Source: Callorhinchus milii
Lineage: Eukaryota
Direction of reading: 5' to 3'
DNA length: 64,000 bases
NCBI RefSeq assembly: GCF_018977255.1
Contig: NW_024704742.1
Span: 95,482,001-95,546,000, forward strand
Part shown: positions 37,490 through 49,111 of the stretch, piece by piece
How the letters are laid out: every line of letters begins with the position of its first letter
Position numbering within the stretch: position 1 is the first letter of the stretch
The notes under the pieces: generated by a model
Database searches by the model: none
The model's input: only the letters and a program-made list of their open reading frames with translations
What the model was told of the DNA's origin: nothing
Translations under genes and position numbers: made by a program

Positions 37490-39239
37490 GTAAGATCTTC
37501 CCCGTTAATGCTGATCTGTGGTAATGTCCTTCAAAGAATGGTAACATGGTAAAAGGACATAAGTAAAGGTTTTTTTATGCCACTCAGACTGGAAGACTGC
37601 AGGTTTGAATGTAGGTCTATGCTGTGCTAGTAGATCTCAGCAGTTGGTTACCATTGTGTCCTGCTGGGAATGGATTCTGCTTGGTTATGATGTCCTTCAT
37701 GCTCGGCTGTCCTGCCAACACTGTCAAGGCTCACGTATGGCTAGTAATCACTTGGGTGAGGTACCTGAGGGCATCCAGCATCTATGGAATGACAGAGGGG
37801 AACAAGGAGTTACACAATTTCAGGAGAGGAGGAGGAGAATTTGGAGGAGGTTAAGGGAGAGTCAGAGATATGGGTCTTTAGGTAGGTTTTGAACGGGGAG
37901 GGGGAAGAAATGATAGAGAGATTTCCAGAGCGAAGTAGCTCATCCACTGATAGTGGGATGGAGTGGGCGGAGTTGGCAGAGTGGAGGGAATGACTGGGAG
38001 AATAAGGTTGTAGGAAGTCACAAAGATAGGGTGGGGATGAGGGCATGGAGGCATTTGAAAGTAAGGAGGAGGTAAATTTGATTTGGTGGGAGATAAGGTG
38101 CGAGTGGAGCCAGGCAACGATATGTGTGGTGGGCTGACAAAATAGTGCAGTAAAATAACAACTGGATTTATACCTGCGAGCTTCTGGTCTGCATGTTCTC
38201 ATACTTTTCCAAATAGTTCCATTAGCCACGAAACCATCGGGAGATCTGGTAAGAACTTTTGAAGCTATTATATTATGTTATTTGACATTTTGTTTTTCTT
38301 CACATTTTCTCTTTAAGGTTTGACAAGCTAGGCTGTGGAGGCCACCGTTGCTGTCACCAGTGTCAAACAGCAGTTCAAGCATTATTCTAAGAGCATGTTT
38401 GAGAATTGATAACATTCTTCACTCATTTCTCAACCAGTGACAGAGAGCAATGGGTCTTTGATCTACAATTTTGTTGTTTGAGCATCATATTCCTTTAAAC
38501 CTTGACTGTCTGAGCAGTTTGACTGCCACACCATGCATTTTGCTAACATAATATTGAGTATTTCTTTTTAGTACAAAGGTTCAAGGCTCCAAATTAAGAT
38601 GGCCAGCTAAACACTGCGGTCTCCGTGGCTACGGTTGTGCCATTTGATGGACCTTGGTAAAATGTCGCAACAATCCATTTTGTAGAAAGGCTGAGCGAGA
38701 GGAATAATTGCATTTTTTGTTAGAGGAATATGTTCTGTATCAACCAGCACAGGGCAAAGAGTTCATTATAAACCATTGTGGTCCTTCAGTAATTAGTGCT
38801 ATATTAATTTCCTTGCTGTGCTGTTCTCATTTGTGTAGCACTGCACTACGAATGCAGTGAATAGAGGCTGTAATAAAGCTATTGGATTCATGTGATGCAA
38901 ATACACTAGGAATTGGTTCCGGTCTGTATGTTTCAATTCACAGTGAGCTTTCGCTTACAGCAGCTGCAATTTTGTTTTTAGCCATTATTCAGTTCATTTG
39001 AAGTGGAAAACATGGAAACTCCACTCGTCAATGTCTCAGTCAGTATATTTCTATGAATTGTCAGTTATTCTACATGAATATTTTCTTTAAATATGTACAG
39101 AATTGTTTTACAAGTGCTTCACTTGAATGTTAAGTGCTTCAATCAAAATGCATCCAAAATTCCCGATTGATCATTTCAACAAGGAAGATATGGAATGCAT
39201 CAAGATTAATTTTTTTATCTTGTCATCCTTCATTTCCTG

Positions 39240-39650
39240 TTCATTATTCTCCTTGGAGCAGAGAAGATTAAGGGGAGTTTTAATAGAGGTGTTCACAATT
39301 ATGAGGGGATTCAGTCGGGTGAACAAGGAGAAATTATTTCCATTGCCGGGTGGATTAGTAACCTGAAGATATCCGTTTAAAATGGTTGTTAAAAGAAACA
39401 GAGGGGAGGTGAAGAGAAATGTATTCACGCAGTGAGTTGTTCGGATCTGGAATGCCTTGCCTGAAAGGGTGGTGGAAGCCGATTTGTTAACAACTTTTAA
39501 GAGACAAGTAGATAATTATTTGGGGAGGACAAGTTTGCAGGGCTATGGGGAGAGAGCGGAGGAGTGGGATTGATTTGGATAGCTCTTTTCAAAGAGCCGG
39601 CACAGGCACGATGGGCTGAATGACCTCCTTCTGTGCTGTATGATTCTGTA
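39240..39650 (+). mobile_element. CR1-type LINE 3' fragment
   Basis: LFSLEQRRLRGVLIEVF; tail gggctgaatgacctccttctgtgctgtatgattc. Confidence 0.9.
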
Positions 39651-40734
39651 CTCTAGTTGTTTCAATGTGTACGGAGGAATGTATTGTAAAGTTTATTTTT
39701 CAGTTCATCTCATTCAGGAAAGTCAACCAGCCCTTTCTCATTTTAGGCTCCCAGTGTCAGCACCAAACACTGCCTGGTCAAGTTTAGTAAGAATATATAA
39801 AGGGTGAAGATGTAAAGTTCCATTAATATTCCATTACAATTGAGGAAAAAAAATCCAATCAGCATTACATGCATTGCTAAAGGTGATGCTGTACACTATT
39901 GGGATTTTTTCATCACCACAGGCACTGTACATCACGCTGAATGGAATTTTTACTTCACTATGCTTTAACCCGACAACCACAGATCACCTATACATCCAGA
40001 ACATAACTAGTCTCCATCCTATAGACATACAAAGCATAGCACACTCCAGTGCACTTTGGGAGGTCTTCCCGACATGAAAAGATCTTTATGCATGTAAATT
40101 GTCATGTAGAGACTGACGTGGAAAGACCACTGTTTTAGTGCTTTTTCCTCTCTCTTTTGTTATCAGATGGGCTCATTTAAAGTCTAAATGGGTACTTCAC
40201 TGTGAGACCACACTGTGAAGCTCTGTGTTTCTGTGCAGTGTTGTGCTTGTTTTCATCTTTCAATCAGAATTGCACTTCATTATGATTTAATATTGAGACC
40301 TTAAAAAAGATCAAAAGTATAGTGATAAAGCCATGAAAGGTGATCCACTCAATCTCTCCGTTTGCCTCTTCAAACAGTTCATCCCTGTGTTTGCCACAGC
40401 AACGCAGGTGAATCTGTAGGAGTTCCTACAGTGCTTGAGAACACATCTGTAAGTCCTAGTGACTTTTCATCACCCCATTCTAAGTAAAAAAAACCTGACT
40501 GATGACAAATTGATACAGAACAAAGAGCTTCAGTTATTTTGCAAATAGCTTTCTCTGATTATAATATCACAGACCAGCATTCAAAAATCAGAATTAAGAC
40601 AACAAATAGATACCTATTTTTAATTAAAAAGTACCTCCAAACTCAGGCTGTGCTTAAACTTGATGGTGCATTAGAGTTAAAGTCAAATTCCTTTCATTTT
40701 CCAAACCCTCTAAAATCTGTCATATGAGTCAAGA

Positions 40735-41372
40735 ATCCGCCACTTCCTCACCCCTCAAGCTGCCAAATCCCTTATCCATGCATTCATCATATCAAGGCTC
40801 GATTACAGAAACTCCCTCCTCATCGGCCTTCCCAACTCTTCCCTTCACAAGCTGCAGATGATCCAAAACTCTGCAGCTCGTGTACTCTTGTGCACCAGGC
40901 TCTGTGACCCCATCACTCCCACCCTCACCCGACTCCACTGGCTCTCCATTCCCCAGAGGATCGAGTTCAAGATCCCCGTCCTCACTTTCAAGGCCATCCA
41001 TGGCCTTGTCCCCTCCTACCTCTCTGACCTGCTGACTCCCTACCAACTTGCCCACTCCCTCCGTTCAACAGGCTCCGGCCTGCTCCATGTCTCCCGCCCT
41101 ACCATCTGTGGCCGGGCTTTCAGCCTCTCTGCCCCCACACTCTGAAACTCCATCCCGCAGTCCTTTTGCCTCACTTCCTCCCTTGCCTCCTTCAAGGCCG
41201 GTCTCAAGACCCTTCTCTTCGATCGTGCCTTTGGTCGCCCTCCCACCTCTCTGCCTTCCCTCACCCCTACACCACCCCTTCCCCATGTTCGGGCCCCAAC
41301 ACCTGACTGTTCAGTGCTTTGGGACGTCCTCACGATGTGAAAGGCGCTCTATAAATGTAATTTTGTTGTTGT
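40735..41372 (+). mobile_element. L2-type LINE 3' fragment
   Basis: QNSAARVL...RIEFKIPVLTFKAIHG; (ttg)n tail. Confidence 0.9.
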
Positions 41373-42844
41373 TGAGTATATGTCGTATACTGATACAATG
41401 AAACCTTGGGGGAGCGCAGAAATGCTTAACTTGCCACGATTCTGATGAGATATTAAACCAAGGTTGTCCTGGATGCCTGTTTTTAACAACAACAACTTGC
41501 ATTTTTATGGCACCCTTCACGCGGGTAGCTCCTTTTTCAGGTGGAGGTTAAAGACCAATGACACTAATACCTGAAAAGGGAGGGGAGTTTCCCCTGGTGT
41601 CCTTGCCAACAATCCCCAGTTGAATCGTCATTTGTCCCATGACTGCTTGCAAGACGTTAATGGTGCAAATAGCTGCTGTGCTTGTCTACAAACAGCAATT
41701 ACTACACTTGACAATATTTATTGTGAAGCATTTTGAGATTTTGCCTCATGAGGACCTACCTCTTTTTTCAGCCTGCAATCCGCTACCCCCACCTAATGCC
41801 AGCTCTATCCCTTACCCCCAATCCCCCCCTCCCTGTTCGGATCCAAATCCCTGGCTGTCCAGCACTTTGGGACGTCCTCCCAATGTGAAAGACGTTATAC
41901 AAATGTAAGTTTGTGTTGTAGCTCCCTTCCGCTTAGTCTTTGTAAAGCACTTTGAGACATTCTCCCAATGTGAAAGGCAGTCTATGGGGTAAGGGCAGAT
42001 AAATGGGACTGAGGAAGGAGAGAGTTAGGGAGGGGGATCTCAAGCGCACTTCAAGATGCTACTTGTTGTGAAGGTTGTTATATCAATACAAGCATGTTGT
42101 TGTACTGCAAGTCAGGGAATGCTCGAATGTGCACAAGGCTTGCTATGTCTGTTCATCAAGAAGGTGGCAGTCAGGTCTAGACACTTTCATAACGGGTAAA
42201 ATCGGAGGGTAAGCCACCCTCATGAAGTTCCTTTGAACACTGCTCCTAGCAGCAAGGTATTTGCAGAGGCCAGAAAGCATAGTCAGAACATTGTCAGGAC
42301 AACCTGAAAATCACATCACATAAGAATATGTAAGGCTTTTTGTAATGGGCAAAAGGAAAAACCTATGTCAATAGACACTGTCAGAAGAGTCACAACCTCA
42401 ACTGAGCTATTATTTTTCTATTATTGCAAAGGAGGAGAAGCAGATTGCTTCTTCTGAACACATTTCAATTACAACTTGGAGCATCTTAGCAGCCGTCATG
42501 CTAGGTAATTAGAAACAATGAATGTTGTGCTGATGCAGCTGTACTTCTTGTACTGTACAGCTTGTTAACCAATTCAAAGTCCTGCTCTTGGTACATTTAA
42601 ATAAGTCACAAGAAGTGTAGTGCTTAGTACAAGACCTTCCATTGCTACAACCACAAATTTATATTAAATACCTGGAATATTAACCAGTTGCCACAAATCT
42701 CATTGTTGTCAATAAGCTCTGATCACCAAGTAAATCTTGCGAATTTACCAATCATTGCTTCCAATATGACATCAGATTTTCAAATTGGAGTGGAATAACT
42801 GCCTTTAATAGCAATGATATATTGTTTTTAACTGCAATCAATAT

Positions 42845-42902
42845 CTGTGTCTGTGTCTGTTTCTGTGTCTATGTGTGTGTGTGTGTCTCTATCTCTGTCT
42901 GT
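42845..42902. repeat. Compound (TGTGTC)/(TG) microsatellite
   Basis: Visible directly in the sequence. Confidence 0.85.
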
Positions 42903-42909
42903 TGGTATC

Positions 42910-43277
42910 ATGGAGTCCTGTAGCATATTGGTTAGCGCGCTTGTTTCGCAAGTGAGAGAGCCTGAATTAGATTCCCAGGCGGGGCGGAACCTTAAGCAAG
43001 TTTCCCTACTCCGCTCGCCTGTGTTTACCTAGCAGTAAATAGGAACCCGATTGTTAGTCTATTGACGATTTGCTTTTTGGGAATAATAATCCCTCAAAAA
43101 AAAATTGGTTAATCAATCCACGACTGTTTGTGGGACACTGCTATGCACAATTGGCTGCCATGTTTCTCCCATAAAATTCACAGTGAATCCACTTTACAAT
43201 ATACTCTGTGAAGCGCTTTGAGACGTCTCTCAATGATGTGATAAGGTGCCATATCAAATGCAAGGATTATTATTATT
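42910..43277 (+). mobile_element. tRNA-head SINE, long form
   Basis: Same family; ends ~75 bp before exon 43352. Confidence 0.9.
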
Positions 43278-43351
43278 AATGAACGAGAACAGGCAAACTT
43301 CCATCAAGCTCCTTGAAACTTCTAACTTGTTGCCTCTCTTTTCTCATCCAG

Positions 43352-43541
43352 TCTGAGAGACCTGGAAGTATTTGGATGCCATACTCTGAGTGCACACTGT
43401 CTGAGCTACATGGCCCAGAGGTGCCGTGACCTCCAGATCCTGAACATTGGAAGGCTGCCAAAGATCACAGCTATCTGTCTGGTACAGATCGTGACTTGCT
43501 TGACAAGCCTGATGACACTGAACCTATCAGGACTAAATGCG
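43352..43541 (+). CDS. FBXL LRR exon
   Basis: cttttctcatccag| (S)LRDLEVFGCHTLSAHCLSYMAQRCRDLQILNIGRLPKITAICLVQIVTCLTSLMTLNLSGLNA |gtaagg; phase 2 to 0. Confidence 0.93.
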
Positions 43542-44584
43542 GTAAGGACTGAGAAAAGTCACTCAAGTGCAACGATATGCTTAAGAGCTGGAACATTACA
43601 GGACACAAAAAAGAGCACAGCAAAACAGCAGGAAAACAGCAATGCAGGCCTGCCAATTCTAAGGCATTGTGGAAATTTAATGCGTGCCACTTCAAAGCAT
43701 AAATTGGGCCTGTGAGTTTAAATAGTTTTGTAATCATTCCCACTCATTCCTAATATATTCTTGATCTTAGAAGCCTCGTTGTTCTTAAACCGGATGGTAA
43801 CTCTCAGAGTAAGTATTTTGAATGGTCGCTATATTCCGACTATACAAGCATTGTATTTACCTTTTTTTAAGTGGCCACATTTATGTAGCTCCTGTGTGGA
43901 GGATTCCTGTCTGTCCTCAATTTCTGCAGCGGCACAGTGGAGTGGGCACGCAGGCTACCAGTCTGAGATCTCACTGAAGGTTGGCCCTCTTCCTTAGTTT
44001 GTAGATAGTGTAATAGTGAGTGACTGTTTTTGTCTTCAGTTTGTTACCTGATTTTCAGCAAAGGTGGCACAAGCTTAACATTAGTCTAAATGTAATTAAG
44101 ATAATACTAACATATGACCTATAAATCCCTCCATGGTCTTGCACCTCCCTACCTCTGTGACCTCTGTCAACTCTGCTGACCTGGTCACTCCCTTTGCTCA
44201 GTGAGTAATGACCAGCTTCATGTTCCCCACCCCCCCACCATCCACCCACCATCAGCGGGTGGGCGATCCTCCTTTCTGCTGCGACTATCTGGAACTCCAT
44301 CCTGGGGTCCTTCTGATTTGCTCCCTCTCTCCTCTTCCCCCCCCACCACGCTTGGGTGTATATTCAACAACATTGCGAATGGGCTTTGAAACGTCCTCCC
44401 AACCTTAAAGGTGATATGTAAATTGTAATGTATCGAGTGACACAAATGCTTGAGTCCACTCTCTGGTATAATTTTAAGCACTCCAAAATCCTATGCCACG
44501 TAACTGAGTATATAAATGCAGTTGTTGTTGTGGTATTCTGAAGATTTTTGCACATAACCGATTATCGGAAATCATAACTAACAT

Positions 44585-46045
44585 TACAACAACAAGAAAA
44601 TTACATTTATACAGCGCCTTTCACATCAGGAGGATGTCCCAAGGCGCTGGACAGTCAGTGTTATGGACCCGAGCTGGGGGTCGGGATTGGGGAGGGTGGA
44701 GGGCAAGGGGTGTACAAGGATGATCGAAAGCACGGACAAAGAGCAGGGTCTTGAGATGGGTCTTAAAGGAGGCAAGAGAGGGGGCGGGGCGGAGGAATTT
44801 CGGGATGGAGTTCCAGAGGGTGGGGGCAGAGTGGCAGAAGGCTTGCCCGCCAATGGGCGGGCGAGTATGGGGCGGGCAGGCCGGAGCCCACTGAGCGGAG
44901 GGAGTGGGCAGGACGGTAGGGGGTTAGGAAGTTGCAGAGGTAAGGGGGAGCAAGGCCATGGAGGGCTTTGAGGTGAGGACCAGGGTCTTGAACTGTATCC
45001 TCTGTGTGATGGGAAGCCAGTGGAGTCATGCGAGGATGGGGCGGACAGGGTCACGGAGCCTGGTGCGGGAGAGGACGCGGGCTACTGAGTTCTGGATGAG
45101 CTGCAGCCTATGGAGGGAACAGTTGGGGAGGCTGTCAAGCAAGTAGTTTGCTTATTCAAGCCTCAATGTTATGAATGTGTGTATGACTATTTCAGTGGCC
45201 TGCGGTGTGAGACAGTAGTGAAGCCGGGCGATGTTGCAGAGATGGGAGAAGGCAGAGTGGGTCATGACACAGATGTGGGGTATAAAGGATAGTTGAGGGT
45301 CAAACAAGACCCCCAAGGTTCCAGACTGGCTTAGCAAGGTGGAGTGTGCAACCATGGGTGATAACGCTGTCAGTGCCTGAGGTGTGGAGGCGCTGACAGG
45401 AGCCAATCAGGAGCGCCTCGGTCTTGTTGACATTCAACTGAAGAAAATTAGCTCTTATTCAGGACTTTATGTCTGACTGACATTTCTGTCAGGACAGCAG
45501 TGATCCTGAAGTCAAGGGTGGAGGCAGAGAGATAGGGTTGGGTATCATTCACATACATTGAAGTGGATGTTGACCCCATGTCTGCGGATGATGTCACCAA
45601 GATGGAGCATATAGATATTGAAGAGGAGGGAACCAAGGACAGAGCCCTGAGGAATGCTGCAAGAGACGGTGCGGGGGCTAGAGGAGAAACCGTTTGTGGA
45701 GATGAAGTGGAGCTGGTGTGAGAGGTATGATCTGAACCATTCAAGAACAGAGACAAGAGGTGAGACGAGACGCGGTGGATGAGGATAGAGTGGTCAATGG
45801 TATTGAAGGCAACAGAGAGGGCAAGGAGGATGAGGAGGCAGTGGGAGCCCTGGTCGCAGATGGACAGAATGTCATTTGTCACTTTGACCAAGGCTGTTTC
45901 TGTGCTGTGGACGGCACAAAACCCGATTGGAGGGGTTCGTGAAGGAAGTGGCGATTGAGGAAGTAAAGAAGCTGGGAAGCAACGACTCGTTCCAGGACTT
46001 TGGAGAGGAAAGGGAAATGGGGCGGAGTTTGAGAGCAGGAATTAT
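44585..46045 (-). mobile_element. L2-type LINE with RT remnants
   Basis: LVKVTNDIL...AFNTIDH, YVNDTQ remnants; tail at 44585. Confidence 0.92.
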
Positions 46046-46449
46046 ACAATGCAAAGAGACAAATGAATGAGTGATTATTCCCCTGTAATTATTTCCACTC
46101 TGTCAGCACCTTGGCCCGTCCCTCAATGGGTAAGGCGCTGTATAAATACAATTTGTAGTTGTTGTTCCACTTACCCACTAGGTATGGTTTGTAGCATTAC
46201 AAATTTATATGTTACATTTGGGTTTTATTTGTGAAATTTATGAACTATTCGCTCATGGTGCTGTATGAATCTAAACTGTAATTATCTTGCTTTCGGTTAC
46301 TGGAAGGAAATTCCTTATTGAAGATTTCCATTAAAAATCACGGCATTTTCTGGGGCTGTTTGCTGTAGCTTACAGAAAGGAGCACAGTAGACCCAGCAAA
46401 GAAAACCAGAGTCAGTACAGATACCAATGAGACAGTGCTGTTTTTGCAG

Positions 46450-46577
46450 GTTCGGGACCACGTGGTGCATCATGTTGTCAGACAGTGCCCAAAGATGGAA
46501 CGCCTCACTCTCAGCTCCTGCCTACAGGTGACAGATGTCAGCCTGGTTGAAATAAGCACATACTTACCTACCATAAG
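46450..46577 (+). CDS. FBXL LRR exon
   Basis: tttttgcag| VRDHVVHHVVRQCPKMERLTLSSCLQVTDVSLVEISTYLPTI ag|gtaaga; phase 0 to 2. Confidence 0.92.
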
Positions 46578-46859
46578 GTAAGAAAGGCATCCACTGATTT
46601 TAGAAGGTTACGATTAATTGAGGTGTTGGCATGCTACACCACAGAGTGGTAAGATGCAGTTTCGGGGCTGTGATTTCTTACAAGTGGTGACTCATAGGAA
46701 TTGAGGGAAAAATCAAAGGGAAAGTCAACTCCTCATCACTCCCTACTGGCTAGCTGTACATTGACGCTCAGTTGAAAGCCTGGAGGCTCTTCTTGGCTGA
46801 GGAAAAGGAAAGTATTGTTTCAAAAAATGAAATGATCAAAAAACGACGGCTTGAATTGA

Positions 46860-47240
46860 ATTTACAATTGTAAACGGATTGAATGAGATGGATGTTGATA
46901 ACCTATTTCCACTTGTTGGTGAGTCCAGAGTGAGGAGCATTAATAAAGGATAGCCAGTGGTAGATCTAATAGGAAGTTTAGGAGGAACTTCTTTACACAG
47001 AGGGTGGTGAGAACGTGGAATTCATTGCCGGCAGCTGTGGATGGCACAAAAAGGATCAATGGATTGAAGAGAAATCGTTTCTTGGTATTTTTTTGTTGCA
47101 TATCTGTGGGAGAAGAAAATAGAAGGGAAAGGAGAGGGAATAGGTGGGGTGGGAGATCTTGTAGAGCAAAAACACTGGCATGGATTAGTTGGGCCGAATG
47201 GCCTGTTCCTGTGCTCAACACTCTATGTAACTCTATATAA
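46860..47240 (+). mobile_element. CR1-type LINE 3' fragment
   Basis: cttctttacacagagggtggtgagaacgtggaattc; tail gggccgaatggcctgttcctgtgc. Confidence 0.85.
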
Positions 47241-47308
47241 CATTATGTAAAGTAGCCATAAGGCACTTCCAGTCATTCATGAGGAAGTGTTTTTTCGATC
47301 ACATTTAT

Positions 47309-47396
47309 AAAGAGGCATTGACCTGCCTTTGAGCTATTGGAAACTTATGGAATTTCAGAAGTTGCCAATAGCTCAAAGGCAGGTCAATGCCTCTTT
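47309..47396. repeat. 88-bp near-perfect inverted repeat (32-bp perfect arms)
   Basis: aaagaggcattgacctgcctttgagctattgg (47309-47340) is the exact reverse complement of 47365-47396; the spacer is also quasi-palindromic. Confidence 0.95.
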
Positions 47397-48084
47397 TATT
47401 GCTGTGAACGTAATAAATGGGTCAAGGTTAAGGATTTTGTTCTATTTTTGAAAAACAGAAACAAAGAAACCAACAGTGTTGACTTTGTGTAAATAGACCT
47501 GTAGCACTTGCGTTTGAGATTGTGAAAGCAAATGTCACCTCCTCTATATGTAAAGTAGTCATTAGCAATCATCAGGAGGCTTCCTCCACCTGAGTTAAAA
47601 TCCAGCCCTTTTCTGCATCATTATGCTGGATTTTTCTTGCACGTAACCCACAAAATGACCATGTGCAGCCGATGGAATGATGTGAACGCCTTAAGATAAT
47701 GTTATGCACACAGGTGTGGGCACCATGGAAACCAATCCAAATGGGTTATCAACCAAACTGGGCAGTAACCAGGCCAAAACGCACACATTCGTAAAAGGAC
47801 CAATGAAACGTCACTCAGTGACTCATATCTGAGTGTGTGAGTCATGGCTGAACAGAATTGAGTGTGTCTTTAGGCTTCCATTAGATAACGACAAGATATA
47901 GCAATTGCTGGGTGTTAGATCCCACTGTTGCTCATTTTCTTTTTAGTTTGTAGTCAAAAGGTTTCACCTGGAAATGTTAAATAATAACAGATGTAATGTA
48001 TTACTGTCAATAACTGAATTCAGAAATCCACTGGATGTTGCTCCTGATAACCCTTCAAGGCAAAATGTGTGCAGAGATGGCAGG

Positions 48085-48450
48085 AGCTGAGAATTTTTTC
48101 CTTTGGAACAGCGAAGTTTAAGAGCGTGACAGATAGAGGGCTCCAAAATTATGAGGGGTTTTCATAGTCAGCAGAGAGACTTTATTTCCACTGGTCAGTG
48201 AATGAGTGACTTCATTTTAAGATAATTAGCAAATGGTAGGTTAGAAGAATTTTTTTTCACACAGTGTGGTTAGGATATGGAATGCTCTGCCGGGAGTGGT
48301 GGTTGCGGCAGGCTCCATATTATCTTTCAAAAGAGAACCAGATGAATACCTACAAAAGAGTAAACTACAGGGCAGAAAGGACTCAAAGGATTGCTCTTAA
48401 AGAAGCCGGCACAAACAAAATAGTCCAAATGGCCTTCTACTGTACTTTAA
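48085..48450 (+). mobile_element. CR1-type LINE 3' fragment (degenerate)
   Basis: tttcctttggaacagcgaagtttaagag...aatggccttctactgtac. Confidence 0.75.
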
Positions 48451-48994
48451 ATTTAATATTGTATAATATTTGGGGTAGCCTGAGCTTGGCAAGCAGCAGA
48501 AGCTTGCCATGTTCTCCAGTAGGTTTAGGTGGTTAAACTCCAACAGTACCTACTCAATGCACACTTTAGAGTCCCCAAACTTTGGCTCTTGCCAGACTGC
48601 AACAAAACTCTCCAGGATTAGGAAAGCAAGGTGCATTCCTTTGGGAGACTTCAGCACACTCCATGCCAGACAAACGGCAGCCATGTGTTGTCTTAAAGTT
48701 TGGTTCAGAGATTCTGTTGCATGGATTCTGATGAAAATAAGAATCTTTTATAGAATTGAAGCTTTATTTTCAGTAATTTTACAAATCCATATTTATTGCA
48801 GTTCTGGGAGTTAATGGATTTGTTCACTTTGAGATTGATGACTAAGAAAAGAAAGAGAACATCCTGCTGCCCTTAGGCGAGTAATCTATATTTATAGTGA
48901 TGAAAGATATGAAAGATCACGGCCAGGGAGCTGCATATTGACCTATGCTGTGTGTTTGATGTCGCTGAGGTCTTCTTTGTCTTCCTACAAATAG

Positions 48995-49111
48995 ACACCT
49001 TGATGTCAGTGGCTGTAAGAAAATAACAGATACAGGAGTTCAGGCCATAGCCATGGGCTGCCAACAACTGCAATACCTCGACCTCAGCTCCACAGCAGCT
49101 AGCAAAAGGGG
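48995..49111 (+). CDS. FBXL LRR exon
   Basis: cttcctacaaatag| (R)HLDVSGCKKITDTGVQAIAMGCQQLQYLDLSSTAASKR gg|gtaagt; phase 2 to 2. Confidence 0.93.
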
